Below, piece by piece: positions 1 through 12,200 of a stretch of 64,000 bases of DNA. The position numbers and the translations under genes were made by a program. The notes beneath the pieces are model-generated. The model saw only the letters and a program-made list of their open reading frames with translations. It had not been told where the DNA came from and ran no database searches. Source of the DNA: Raillietiella orientalis (Eukaryota); contig JAYWIR010000098.1 in the NCBI GenBank assembly GCA_036172245.1, positions 1 through 64,000 of the forward strand, read 5' to 3'. How positions within the stretch are numbered: the first letter of the stretch is position 1; every line of letters starts with the position of its first letter.

Positions 1-1660
1 TGTGGCGAACTGCAAGTCACAAGCCGATCGATCACGTCCTGCACAGCACCGAACTAGATTATCGCATTTAGGCTTTCCGAGACACATTGATTTCTCTGTC
101 CGTTCACCCGTTGGTGCGATTTTCTTTAAGAACAAGGCCAAGAATTTAGGAGTCTACATTGGCGACGACTCCGCGTCGAAACTATTGTGCACCGAGATCC
201 TAGGGAAAACGGCCAAGGAAGCAGCCAAGTACACCCGAACGGACCTTGGGATGAAGCGAAAGGCTAACATATGGAACCGAGTACACCTTATAAAAGTGCA
301 CTTCGGGGCGGCCTTCGCGAGGATGAACAATGACACCACGAGGGAGTTCGACAAGCTGAAGAGAAAAACACTGTGGGGCCACTATTGCCCAAGAGTCTGT
401 CTAAAACCCCTGTGTGGTCCCAGGGAAGAAGGCGGTCCCGGGATGAAGTCGCCTGCACACTCCATAGAAATCATCGATACGCGAAACATCCTGGACATTG
501 CCACTCACTGGGGTTACTGGCCGTATGCGGCGCACAGGGCCTGCGCGTTGTTGTTGAACAACTCGAAACCCCTGATGACTGCGCTGCTAGGCCGAGCATG
601 CGAATGGAAAAAAATCGACCCAACCTGGACGAGGGAGCAACGGCTGGTGCAAAAGCACAAAATCAAGATCGCGCTAAGCAGTAGGGAACTCTGGCAGGAC
701 GAGTCCATCCTGGTGATCCCTTGGATGCTTCCTGTCCCGCCGGACACGAGAAACTGGATCCACCAGAGGTCCAGAGTTACCATTCAACGAATTCAGGTGT
801 GGAAACGAGGAGGGTACCTACATCACGCTCGTATACTGAGGTATATAGAGATCATGTTAGGGAGGTTTACCCACATTACTCGCGGAGTGTGGTTCAATCA
901 CAACGACTTTGCGTGGTCCAGGGTAACCAAAACATACCTTTGAAGACTAATTCAAGAAGAAAACAGTGATACTAGTTCCCTCCAGGAAGCCGCCGATCGC
1001 TACGGGAGTGACCGGATCAACCTGTTTGCGATTAACACGACGCTCTGGAGGAGTGACCTTCCGCCAAGCAACCAGGATGACCTCCTGATGTTTTATCATG
1101 GAGGAATCCAGAGTGGGTCATGATTGCAGCACTACACCGGAAGAATAGAAGATCGAGACTGCTCAGCATGTGGAGACGTCGACACGAGACTTCACGTCTT
1201 GACGTATCCTACATTGCTACATGACTGGCTGATCCTCAAAAGGATCATCGGACTCACCACCAGGTCCGTAATGGAGATCCTCGCCGCGATGTTTCAGGGG
1301 GATGGTAATGTTCCCTGTTACAATCCCATGGTGAGGACGACCATCGCCCTCTTCATCACCGCCATACTTGTGCTGTGTGGAAAATGAGAAAAGCCAGAAA
1401 AGGCGCACCATCGACGGACATCCCTCAAGGGCTCCTGAAGAGGGAAATCGGCATTAGAAACTGTGGGAAAATTTAAGCCTGGACGTACCGATTAATCCTG
1501 AAGAGGATAGAATACGACGCTCGGGACCAAACAGCAGGAAACCCACCATGAGTGCAGAACTTGTGAGATCCCAAGGACTTCATAGTAGTAAAAAAAGTGC
1601 TGATGGTATGGATGAGATTGTAGTGTGAATGTTTTAAAAGAAAAATTTTAGAAAAAAAAA
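1..1660 (+). mobile_element. Family B L1/Tx1-like element, 3' part: end of APE, ~1.44 kb internal deletion, post-RT region, CCHC finger, A-rich tail
   Basis: 1-118 nearly identical to 62003-62120, then jumps to match ~63566 onward (YLGVCIGNDS-like). CSACGDVDTRLHV finger at ~1160-1200. A-rich tail 1636-1660. Confidence 0.85.
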
Positions 1661-3052
1661 TTTACCCCACCCCTCGTGGGACTTGGGGAAAACTGCCGAG
1701 TCGGCGATGGAGCGACTGCATACAGCGTGCTTTTGCTCGTCGCGACGCTGCTTTTTACGGCTTTCGTAGCCTTTGCCGAGGGTCTTGCGCTGCAGTGGGG
1801 CTGTCCGGAACTCGGAAGGGACAACGGAACGGGGCAAGAAGTCTTCGCACTGTTGCGATCTTCCTGTTTTCCTACCTTTCTCTCCAGGGTGTTACGAAGA
1901 TTTCCTGGTTCCTGGCTCGGAGAGGTGCCTGCGACTTCGGCAGAGAGGGAAGGCACGGCACGCGTCAAACCCTCGCGCCCCTTTTTAATTGGCTTCCCCG
2001 CCGTGACTTTCCCCTTTTGGGGCGTAGCGGGCGGGGATGCTTTCTTTTCATCCGGGGATCGCTCGTGGTTTTTTGCGAGTTTTTGCGGAAGACGTTTTTT
2101 ATTTGCCACTGCGGCTTTTCGTGCAGTGGTTTCTTGAATACGAAGAATTTCCGCTCCGGCTCTTTTTCTAGCAAGTACCGGGCACTTTTTGATTTCGTGC
2201 CCGGAATCTTTGCAATAGAGGCATCTTGGAGAGGGGCACTCTTCAATTCGGTGCCCATCCTTGCCGCACTGCTTGCACGTGCGAGTCTGGCCTATGAACC
2301 ACAGGTAAACGACCGTGCCGTTCACTTGCAGCTGCTCAGGCACAACACGCCTGTTCGTGCCGGTGATCCGCGCGGAGGCTTGTCCAATGTGGACAGAGGG
2401 GAAATCCTTTGGAGGATTTGACCTCCTCCACAGAGCCTGCACGGTGGCGAACTTCGGCAGCACACTTACGACATCGCGGTCGGAGATTTCCGATTCGATG
2501 TCGCATAATTGAACGACAAAAGAGTCGTCCATCGCGGTAGGTAGGACTTCCTTGCCATTCATGGTCAACGGTGTACGGAGAAGGCGCTGCACAAGTGCTG
2601 CGTTGTTGCACCGAATCTTTGTATATTCCATCCTGCCAGCAGGCATTATGACAAGGAGTTCCTCCTCGCGAACGCCGATCCGGACGAGCTCATCATTGAG
2701 CTCACGACCGATTCTCCCGTTGAGGGGCCCACTGACCTTACAACGGAGTGCAGGCATGTATCCTGATGACACATATTCCTGGAACTCCGCATCTCAGGGT
2801 CCTGGTCTTTGGGAGGTAACGGCGGCGTAACTCCTCACCGGGGGCGAGGAAACCATTACGGAAAATGAGGCCACTTCATGTGCAGCTGAAGTGCATCCAG
2901 TGGCTTGCTCCTCCACACTATCCTGTGTACTGGCCATGTTGCCCTATGTGACTTGGCAGATTGCACAGAAACACACAAGTGCGAGCGTAAACGCAGGCAC
3001 AAAGTTGCCCGATCGTTGGCGCGAATAGACGCGGAAACACTTCTGCACTGTA
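1661..3052 (-). mobile_element. Family A element, 5' part: 5' UTR plus ORF1 (ATG ~2856, one stop), cut off by the family B insertion
   Basis: ORF 1648-2772 has CKQCGKDGHRIEEC and CLYCKDSGHEIKKC knuckles and is homologous to ORF1 at 21435-23057. Degenerate 5' motif CAGTGCAGAAGTGTTTCC at ~3033-3050. Confidence 0.85.
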
Positions 3053-5020
3053 CGAGCGCAGCAGATCGAGCGTGTCTCGGGTGGACGGCTGCTGTGGCGT
3101 TGCGGCACCGTTAAATCTTGCGGTGTCGCGTTCCTGCTTTGTCCAGCTGTCGAGGCTGCGGCGAAGGGCGTACGGTTCGATAGTGCCGGTCGCGTAGGGC
3201 AGTTGACCATTAAGTTGTCCGACTCCAACGATCTAATCATTACCAGCGTGTAGTCCCCAAGCTGCAGCGACGCGCTAAGGTCAAAGGCAAGGAGAGATTC
3301 CTACCTTACCCTGAGGCGCGAATATCTGGACGAAGCGGAAGTGCGCAAAGTGCACCTAATCGCAGGTGACTTTAACCTGCGCCTGCTGTCAGGTGCGTCC
3401 GACACACTTCGGGACCGCGTGAACGAGCTGTGCGCAGAGATGCACACGCGCAACTCGTTCGTGGGAGATCCGGAAATGGCCGACAGCGTAAATCACGTAT
3501 TTTTTCAGCCGCACCTATGCTCACGCGTAAGCAGGCGCGGCAAGTTACCGTCGGAACTGTCGGACCATGACCGGATCGTACTCCAGGTGAGCCCACACGA
3601 TAGGGGTCCGCCGTCATTTGCGTGGCGCTTACCGGGGGACTGGCTGAAACTTACAGAAGCCGCGGAGCATTTACAATTATTCATACGAGGTTGCAGCTTT
3701 TAGACGCTTCAGGACTGGGACCGCTTCAAGCGCTCTGTCCGGAATTTTTGCGACGAGTTCCCTATGAACCTCCTGCCTCCCGGGTTTGGTGAATGCTTGC
3801 GTAACGAGAGATGTTATTTACAATCTCGATGTCGCGACACTAGACGTACGCAGGCTAGACGAATACCGTGCGGGAGCCAAAAGGCAGGCGTGGCAATCCG
3901 TGTCGGTTAGCTTACTGGACGACCAGGGTTCGGAGCACTCAGCCGCGCCCACGTAAAATGCTTATTAAGAAAATTCTAATCCTCCCTGTACGCGCGCGCT
4001 TCACTGGAACGAATGTCTCGCGACTTCTTCTTCCGGAAGGCGCTTCGGCGTTCAGGGAGGAAGATAGAAAGACCCTCGACGAGCCTTTCACGATGGGCGA
4101 GATCATCTCGGTCATCTGAAAGCTCAAGAGGCGGAAGGCTGCAGGGTAGGACGACTTACCAGCGGAATTTTTCCAATGTTTCGCGGCAGAGTTCACTCCC
4201 CTGGTGAAGAAACTCACCTTGCTTATCCGCGAAACGGGCGACGTCCCCGCCTCGTTTCGTTCGGCAAAGGTGCGTCCCTTCCCTAAGGGAGGAGACCTTC
4301 GGAGCATGAGCAACTGGCGGCCGATTACCGTGATAAACGCGGACGCCAAGTTGCTGAAGAAATTGTGGGCTGAACGCCTAAGGCGGTTAGCGGAAAGCTT
4401 CATTAGCCCGGAGCAGACATTTGCTGTTCCCGGGCGGAGCATGGATGCCAACCTGTTCCTCGCCAGCATTTTTTTCGTGCTTTAACAGGAAAGGGTCAGG
4501 ATGGGCAACCGGACTTTCGGAATTTCTGCCGCTAGGAAACGGGATGTTTGGAGAAGGGGAGGGAGCCCTTGCAGTCGCAGTCAATTTGCATAAAGCATTC
4601 TACTGTGTCGACCAGAGGCTCCTCCTGGAGCTGCTGGAACGCTTGGGCTTCCCGGTATCTTTGTCGACCTACCTGCGATCCTGCTGGCGCGACGGTTTCA
4701 TCCAGATCTTTTTCAGTGGACACACCGTGCACGGCGTACCAATGCGACGCGGCATACGGCAGGGCGACCGTGACGGCCCCACAGCAGACTGTGATCCCTT
4801 CCCGTGCCCTTCAGATCTTGATTTTATATATTTCTTGTTTTTTGTTTTATTTTTTTGTTTTGTCCTTGGCCCCTCTGCTGTCGTGGTGGACCGAGCCGGA
4901 ATAGGAACCAGTGACCCGGCAGGCTTTATTTTGTATCCCAGTGAGTGGCCGGACCACCTGGTCAGACACCAACGTTTGATTTATTCCAAAGAATGAACGC
5001 CCCGGCGCAACCGGTTGAAA
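3053..5020 (+). mobile_element. Family A element, 3' part: APE remainder, RT N-half, ~1.7 kb deletion at ~4768, 3' UTR and terminal hairpin
   Basis: GDFN, SDH, NWRPIT and GIRQGD motifs. Inverted close copy of 46095-49740. Ends AATGAACGCCCCGGCGCAACCGGTTGAAAA. Confidence 0.85.
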
Positions 5021-5558
5021 ATCGAGTTCACGGATGGCGAAGCCCGGAGATTTTGGCGAGGATGCTCCGCCTCCTCCGAATTGCTAAGTTAGTCGGCCGG
5101 CAGCCTTCAGACCTTCCTCGGAGGCCCTTTGTTAGGCGGGAGGAGCTGAAACTCCAGTCTCGGATGATCCGAAATCGCGGACATCAGCCGCCCTCTCCTA
5201 CCTACTCGTGAGAGCAGGTGTTCATCCAGGAACGCATGGTCCGACGATCTCTCCATCCCGGGCTCACCAGCAAGCAAGTTTTGTACGCGCACGGGCGCGC
5301 ATACCTCGCTCACCAGTTGCTTCTCCCTCAAGCGGCATCTCTCCTCTGTTAACAGGTGGACGTTGAAGTGTCCTGCAAGGAGGTGTGACACGTTAGGGCC
5401 GGAGTCAGCGAACCAGCGGATGCGCAGGCCATTCAGGAATGCAAGTCGCTGGGCGTAATGCCGTCCGCCGTTCGGCGCGTAGATGTTCGTAGCGACCAGG
5501 TAGATCAAATCGGACCACTTGAGGACAAGTTGGCCTACTCTAGCTTCCTCGTCGAACT
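5021..5558 (-). pseudogene. APE endonuclease fragment (target of neighbouring insertions)
   Basis: NIYAP, AGHFN, SDH motifs; inverted copy of 45555-46094. Confidence 0.85.
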
Positions 5559-5559
5559 A

Positions 5560-7100
5560 TACAGACGTGTTTCTCCTGCACTCCTACAGCTTCAGTCAGA
5601 GAAGTCTTCTTAATTTCTTTTCGTGTGATAAAGTGTGTGGCGCATCGTCGGTGTCCCATGGCAGAAATGTCAGCGGACCCCGCAATGGAGATTGGAGTAG
5701 GAGAGGCTAGTTCCTCTCCCCAGCCCAAGCATGGTGAAGTCGATTGCCCTCACGGAGGCGAGGGCATCGGTTCAATTGAAAAAGGGTGCAAGCGTGTCCT
5801 CGGAGCCAATTTCGCCAACGAAGAGGACTTGGAGCCCCGTGGCTGCAGCACCATGCGCTGATGCCATGGCCGAACAAACAGCATATAAGGAACAAGGGTA
5901 CAAGCCGTCCCTCATCTCTAAGGTAGGCAATACTTTGTTGGAAATACCGCTCGCAACTTTGACAGGGAGTTGCAGCGGCTTAATGTGAAAGAAGAAGAGT
6001 TGGAAGGTCTTTCAGTGTAACGCGGTGGTCAGCGGGTGCAGTTGACTTGTGAGGATGCAAGCCTGGCTGAACGCCTGCTGAACACTTCCATTTCGCTGGA
6101 AGCCAGAAAGCTCTTCCCTCTAACTTTGGACCGCTCGGTAGTGACGCACCTCACGGGAGTTACCCTCCGCATGTCGACGAAGCGCGTGCAGGAGGAACTC
6201 AGCAAGTTCGGCACGGTTCACGCGCTTTGGAGCAAGCCCAACGTCTTACAGTCCTATGGAAGGCTGTTTAGTGGCATGGCCGCAGCGCGTGTAACCGTGC
6301 ATGAGAACGGTGGGTTACCTCACAAGTTAGACGTCGTCAAAAAAGAGGTCGATATCTGGTACGTGGGGAAACAAAAGTTCTGCGGACACTGCGATGCAAC
6401 AGGGCACCTGAAAAAACGGTGCCCCCACATCGAGTGTTTCTTGTGCGCAGAAAAGGGCCACCTCCAGAAAATGTGCCTAAAGCGGGAGACTTTGGCACGT
6501 CCCACTACGAAAAAAGCTCAGGGGCACGCGCATACATAACTTTGAAGCCCAAGGAGGCTACAGCAAGGCGTAGCCAGAAGACAGAATTTGAAACCTCTCA
6601 GCAAACGCCGGTGCTCACATCGGGACGGAGGTCTTAGCGTACTGACGATGCAGTTAATGGAAACACAGCTGCGATGGCGAACCCTCGCCATCGCAGCGAA
6701 GATGTGGAGCACCGCTTGGTGCATTCCGGCCCGCCTTCTGGCCAGGTGTGTGTCCCGCTGCGAAGGACTCGCATCGTGTATTTTGTGCCCTGGCCGGAAG
6801 ATTCGCACATGCAGTCTACTGCTCGGGCGCATGGCAACCCTGGCAAATGAGAACCACTGGAGGGTTTGTGGCCCTGCCAACTCCTCCGCTTGGCTGGAAG
6901 AGACTGCTGGCACCTGGGTTAAGCAGAACCAAAGGTGCGGAGACCCGATGAACTGTTTGCGAGTCGGCTTTTACTCTCGCCGAACTCTCCGTGAAATTCT
7001 TGAATTTCCACCGCGTTGCACGTGGGCGGAAGGCACACTTCTTGTTTCGGCAATGCCCTTCTTCCAAAGAGCGGTACACGAAAGCCGGGTGCGGGTGAAC
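5560..7100 (+). mobile_element. Family A element: 5' UTR, ORF1 (ATG 5658, to ~6590) fused by deletion to a post-RT ORF2 segment
   Basis: 5' motif AGACGTGTTTC; knuckles CGHCDATGHLKKRC and CFLCAEKGHLQKMC; RDGGLSV motif from ~6620. Confidence 0.8.
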
Positions 7101-9229
7101 GCTTTAGGCTGCGGCGTCTGCCAGTTTCCTCATTGTCCACACGCTTAGATCCTTCTGCTTGCCCGCTATCCGGCAGGAGACTTGCATTGTCGGCTTCCGG
7201 ATGTTTTGAAGTCCCCTTCGTAAAAAGAACTCCGCCGTGGCAAGTGGGGTCGTCTCCGTCCAAGTGCTCCTGACGGGACACACGATCATGTTTCGCAACG
7301 TGCAGCGGGTGTACATGCCGGTGCGCAGGCGGTTACAGGATTCCCGACTGATGTGTTTCAACTTTACCCACGTTCCAACTGTTTCTCTCAGCCATACTCT
7401 GAAGTTGGCGGGGCTGCAGGCCATCCACCCGTTCTCCTGTGCCAGGGTGGCCATGCGTCCCAGGAGAAGTCCGCATCTTCTTATTTTCCGGCCGGGGCAC
7501 AGAAGGAAATACGCGAGTCCTTCAGTCCCGGACACACGTCTGGCAAGAAGACGGGCTGGAACGCACCAAGGGGTGCTCCACATTTTCGCTACGATGGCTA
7601 GAGTGCGCCACCGCAGCTGTGTTACCATTAACTGCATCGTCAGGACGCTAAGACCTCCGTCCCGACGTGGAGCGCACAAATCTTTCAATGGCAAACGAGG
7701 CCTCGCGCCGCCCCACAGTGCGATGCGTAGGAGGTCCTTTGTTCTTTCTTTCAGTTCACGGGGTATAAGGCAAACAAAATGCAGAGGGCGAAGGAGGAAG
7801 GCCACGAACGCGTTCCACACCGCGGCCCGTTCCGGCAAATGAAGCATCCCTTCCAGGAACGGGCCGATCGCTGACTCCACTTTGTGGAGACGAGCTGACC
7901 AGGCTTCTGACTAGCAGAACTCCCCCAACGGAAAGCCGAGGTACTCTAAGTACCTCTCCGTGAAGATCCCCAAGCGGATCCAGTCAGGCCGTCCGACCCA
8001 CGTCGCACCAACCGCTACCACCGATGACTTCGCCTTATTTAGCCGTAGTCCAGTACCGCGGCTTAGGAGATCGAAGAAATCCTCGACTGCGGCTGCCGGG
8101 GCGGACATGGGCAAAAGTAGCAGAAGATCATCGGCGTGAGCCGCTACGGCCGGCGTACCTGCACACGAGCTTGGCAGGGCAGCCAATGTCACCCTGTATG
8201 CTCTCAGCACCAGTTCGAAATAAGTGCTAAAGAGCAGGGGACTCAGGCGGTCGCCTCGCCGGATGCCGCGCCTCATCGGCACGCCGAACACGTGCTATCC
8301 TCTGAAAAACAAGTTGATGATCGCATTGCGCCAGCAGGCGCGCAGGTAGACCGTCAACATGTCCGCGAATCCCTTGAGATCCAGGAGCTACAAAAGGAAT
8401 TCCTGGTCCACGCAATCGAACGCTTTGTGCAGATCGACTGCGATCGCTACAGCCCCCTTTTCTTTCCGGTGGTCCCTACTTGCTGCGCTGGCGCCCTCAA
8501 ATCAGGTTTCTCGACATTCCGTTCTTTTTCCTTTTTTTCCTCGCGTTTCACATGGAACCATGTGCTGGCGAGGACCAGGTTCGCTTCCATGCTTCGCCCG
8601 GAAAAAGAGTACGTCTGTTCCAAGCTGACGAAGCTGTCAGCTACCAGCACCAGTCCCGCAGCCCACAGCAACTTTTCGTCCGTGTTCACAGTCGTGATTG
8701 GACGCCAGTTGCATAATTTTCTGAGGTCTTTTCCCTTAGGAAGGAGCCTCACCCTGGCTGACCGACACGAGGCGGGAACATCGTCTTAGTTTCGGATCAG
8801 CCGTGTCAATTGGAGCACCAGGAAGGTCAGCTCTGCCGCAAAGCTCTGAAAGAACTCTGCCGGCAGGCCATCCTCCCCTAGCGCCTTATGCCTCATGAGC
8901 CTTTTAATCGCGGTTATGATTTCACCGGCCGTAAAAGGCTCGTGGAGGCTTTCTTTCTCCTCCTCTTCTATGGCCGGGGCTCCATCTGGGAGCAAGCGCC
9001 GCGAGACGTTTCACTGCGTAGGTACCCTGGCGTAAAGGGAAAAGTAAAATCCACGCACGAGGCGACGTATCGATGCCGGGTCCGAGTATTTCTGGTCCAG
9101 GTCGTTTAGCACGATGGGCGGACCGGTTTGCTAGGCTTGAAGCTCGGCCCCGGCTTTGTACTCGGCCAAGCGACGGATGTCAGGGATCCTCGCGGAAAGA
9201 GAGACGTGCAAATACGCCCTTTCGTTACG
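7101..9229 (-). pseudogene. ORF2 linker/RT/post-RT fragment; 3' part of the element interrupted by 9230-14849
   Basis: EPFTAGEI, NWRPIT, AAHADD, DGGL motifs; same subfamily as 42251-45151. Confidence 0.85.
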
Positions 9230-12200
9230 GAAGGACGTGTTTTACCGTTGCTCCGTCAACAAGTACCGGAAAGCGGTTTCTTCTTGGACAGTGTGTGTTG
9301 TTTCACATCGTTGGTGTCCGATGGCATCGCTGCCAGAGGACGCCACTATGAAGGTAGGCGTGGAGGAGGCTAGTCCCCCCGCACGGCCCACTGGATCAGG
9401 TGCATTCGCCCCGGAATCATCCCCGGCAACGCCGAAGACGTGGAGCGCTATAGTGCCCGCGCCGAGCGTGAAAACCTCGGCGGAGCAAGCGGCTTACAGG
9501 GCCTCAGGATATAAACCATCTTTGGTTTATAAAGTAGGACCCCTGTTTGATGGTCGCACCGCCCGGGCCTTCAGTAAGGCACTACAGGACTTTCCTGTAA
9601 GAGAAGAGGTTCTTGACGGCCTCTCCGTACTCAGAGGGGGGCAGCGCTTGGAGGTCGTCTGCAAAGACGTAGCCTTAGCTCAGCGCCTGATAAACACTTT
9701 GTTGAATGTGGATGGCCGGAAAATCCTACTGGATAGCATGGACCGCTCCGTAGTGGTCCATCTAACTTGAATCAGAAATCGGATGACGCGCTCGGCGCTC
9801 AATTCCGAGTTGATGAAATACGGCGAGGTACACGCGTTGTGGCCAAAGCCCACCATCTTCGAAGTATTTAATAGCCATTTCGCAGGCCAGGCTGCAGCGC
9901 GTGTCACTGTCAATAAGGGTGCTGGGTTGCACCACAAACTGGAGGTCGCGAAATAATCCATCGACCTCTGGTACGTGGGAAAACCCCGCTATTGTGGCTA
10001 CTGCAATGCAGTAGGGCGCTTGCGCAAGCGGTGCCCTAACATTGAGTGCCACTAGTGGGGGTTAAGTGACACGTGCGTCGTGTGTGCCCTAAACGCCCCA
10101 CCCCGGTGCCAGCTGCTGCCAAAAAGGGGCAGGCCAAAAAAATTAACAAGGTCAAAAGACCTAAGCGAGAAACTGGCCGGCCCCAGCCGCCATCTCCTCT
10201 TCCTCTCACCCATGCGTCGGAGGATAAAATCGCGGAAGACGCGGGAGTGGAGGAGGGATGGCAACTAATAATGGCCAGCAAGGAGCAACAAGTGGTGAAA
10301 GAGCCACTGAAGAAAACGGAGAAAAAGAACACGGCCGGCAAAAAGAATAAAGCCGCGTCGCTTTCAAAAAAATCCGCGAGTGCTCGGTAGCACTGCATCA
10401 CGTGATGGTTCCTGAGGCTGCCACCAGGGGCGACGAGCCTCCCCTCGCCGATTCCGCGGCGCCCGAGGTTCGCGACGACGAACCCTCTGTTTACACAGAG
10501 AGTGAGCCGCCCGACGCGCGCGCCGACGGCGTGGTAGCCGCCTTCGCGTAGGCGGCGGAGGAGCTCGCGGTCACGCTGCCAGAGCGTTAGAATCCCTCAC
10601 GCAAGGCCGTGCGCAGGCCGGTCTGCCGAAGAAGGCCCCCGGAGGTGAGTGCGACCTGGGGGCCGTAAGTGCATCCTCCTCGTCGGAGGTATCCCCCCGG
10701 AAGACGGGACGCAAGTCCCAAAAGCCGAGGAGGCGCCTCCCCTCCACGAGGGAGGAGGAGAAGCAGGAAGCCAATGCCAGCGTGGGAAACCCGGAGGTGG
10801 AATTCCCACTCACGAAAGGCGTCGTGCAGGCTACCCCCATGGAGGAGGGTGAACAGGTAAGCGAAGTCCTCCCGCTAGTCGCAGAACCTGAACAGCACGC
10901 CTCCATGGAGAAGTGGGAACAGGGAGGCGCGCCTACAACTCAGGGTGAACCTGCCGACGCGCCGTTACCCATGGAGGAGGGGAACAAGGTGCCTTCCGCC
11001 CCTGACCCCTCCCCTCCACCTACCGTGTCGCCTTAACAGGTGTTGGACGACGCGGAGCCAATTTCCCAGGAATAACACCTGGGCTCGACTGTCGCCGTCG
11101 GATCCGCGTGGCCAGTTGGAACGTCAACGGACTGCGCGACGACGGCAACAGACGAGATACAGCCGACACCCTGCGTGACTTCGACCTGGCCCTGCTGCAG
11201 GAGATCCACGTGATCACCGCGAAAGACTTCCAGGAGATCGAAACGATCGCGGAAGTTCGGCTGTATTTGCGATGGGGCGCCCGCAACACCTGTGGGGTCG
11301 CGTTTTTCTTGAAGCCGGCCATCGACGCTGCCGTGAAGGGCGTGCGCTTCGATGACAACGGTCGGGTTGGTCAGCTGAATCTCAGCTGGTCCGATTCGAT
11401 CGACCTGATTGTCACGAATGTGTACGCCCCGAGCGGAAAAAATGGGTACAGCGACCGTACCAGGCTGCTGGAAACCTTAAGCGCGAATGGTTGGCCGATA
11501 CGAACGTGCGGAAGGCACACCTGATAGCTGGATACTTTAATCTTCCTCTGCTGTTAGGTGAGCCCGAAGCACAAGAACGCACGGCCAAGGAGTTGTGCGC
11601 TGCCGTGCGCACGCGCAACTTGCTGGCACAGGTGGAGGGAATGGACCGCAGCATAGACTACGTCTTCCTGAATGCCTACCTGTGCTTGCGGGTCGGCAAA
11701 CGGGGAGACTTGCGTCGACAGTGTCGGACCATTCCCGGTTAATCGCAGAAGTATGCCCGCGCGACAAGGGATCCCGTCCAGGGCGTAACGGCTGCCTGGG
11801 GACTGGACGCGGCTCACAGGTGCGAAGGAACACCTTCGCCAATTCCTGAGAAGAATCACCCTGCGAAATCTCGCTGACTTGGACCTCTTTGTGGAATCGG
11901 TCCGCGAGTTCTGCGAGGAGTTCATCTTGCACCTCCTGCCCACCGGATTTGGGGAAGGAGCTCGCAACCATACGGCCTATTTACAGGTCCGTCGGTAAGA
12001 GAGAAACCCCAACGTCCGTCGCCTAGCAAATTACCGAGCCGGGGCCGAACGCCAAGCCTGGCAATCCGGGTCCGGAAACGCTCGGCCCCACCCGCGATCA
12101 GGCACCTCGTGCGACGGTTCTACTCCTCCCTTAACGCCATGGCACCTTCAGAGCGTGATGCCTCGCGGCTCCTGCTTCCGGACGGAGCTTTGGCAATAGG

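Noticed and set aside
9100..9330. Head-to-head junctions as twin-priming inversions or as one bidirectional element
   Set aside because: The interrupted targets resume in register on the far side of the insert (14850, 27765, 51632), which fits nested insertion.
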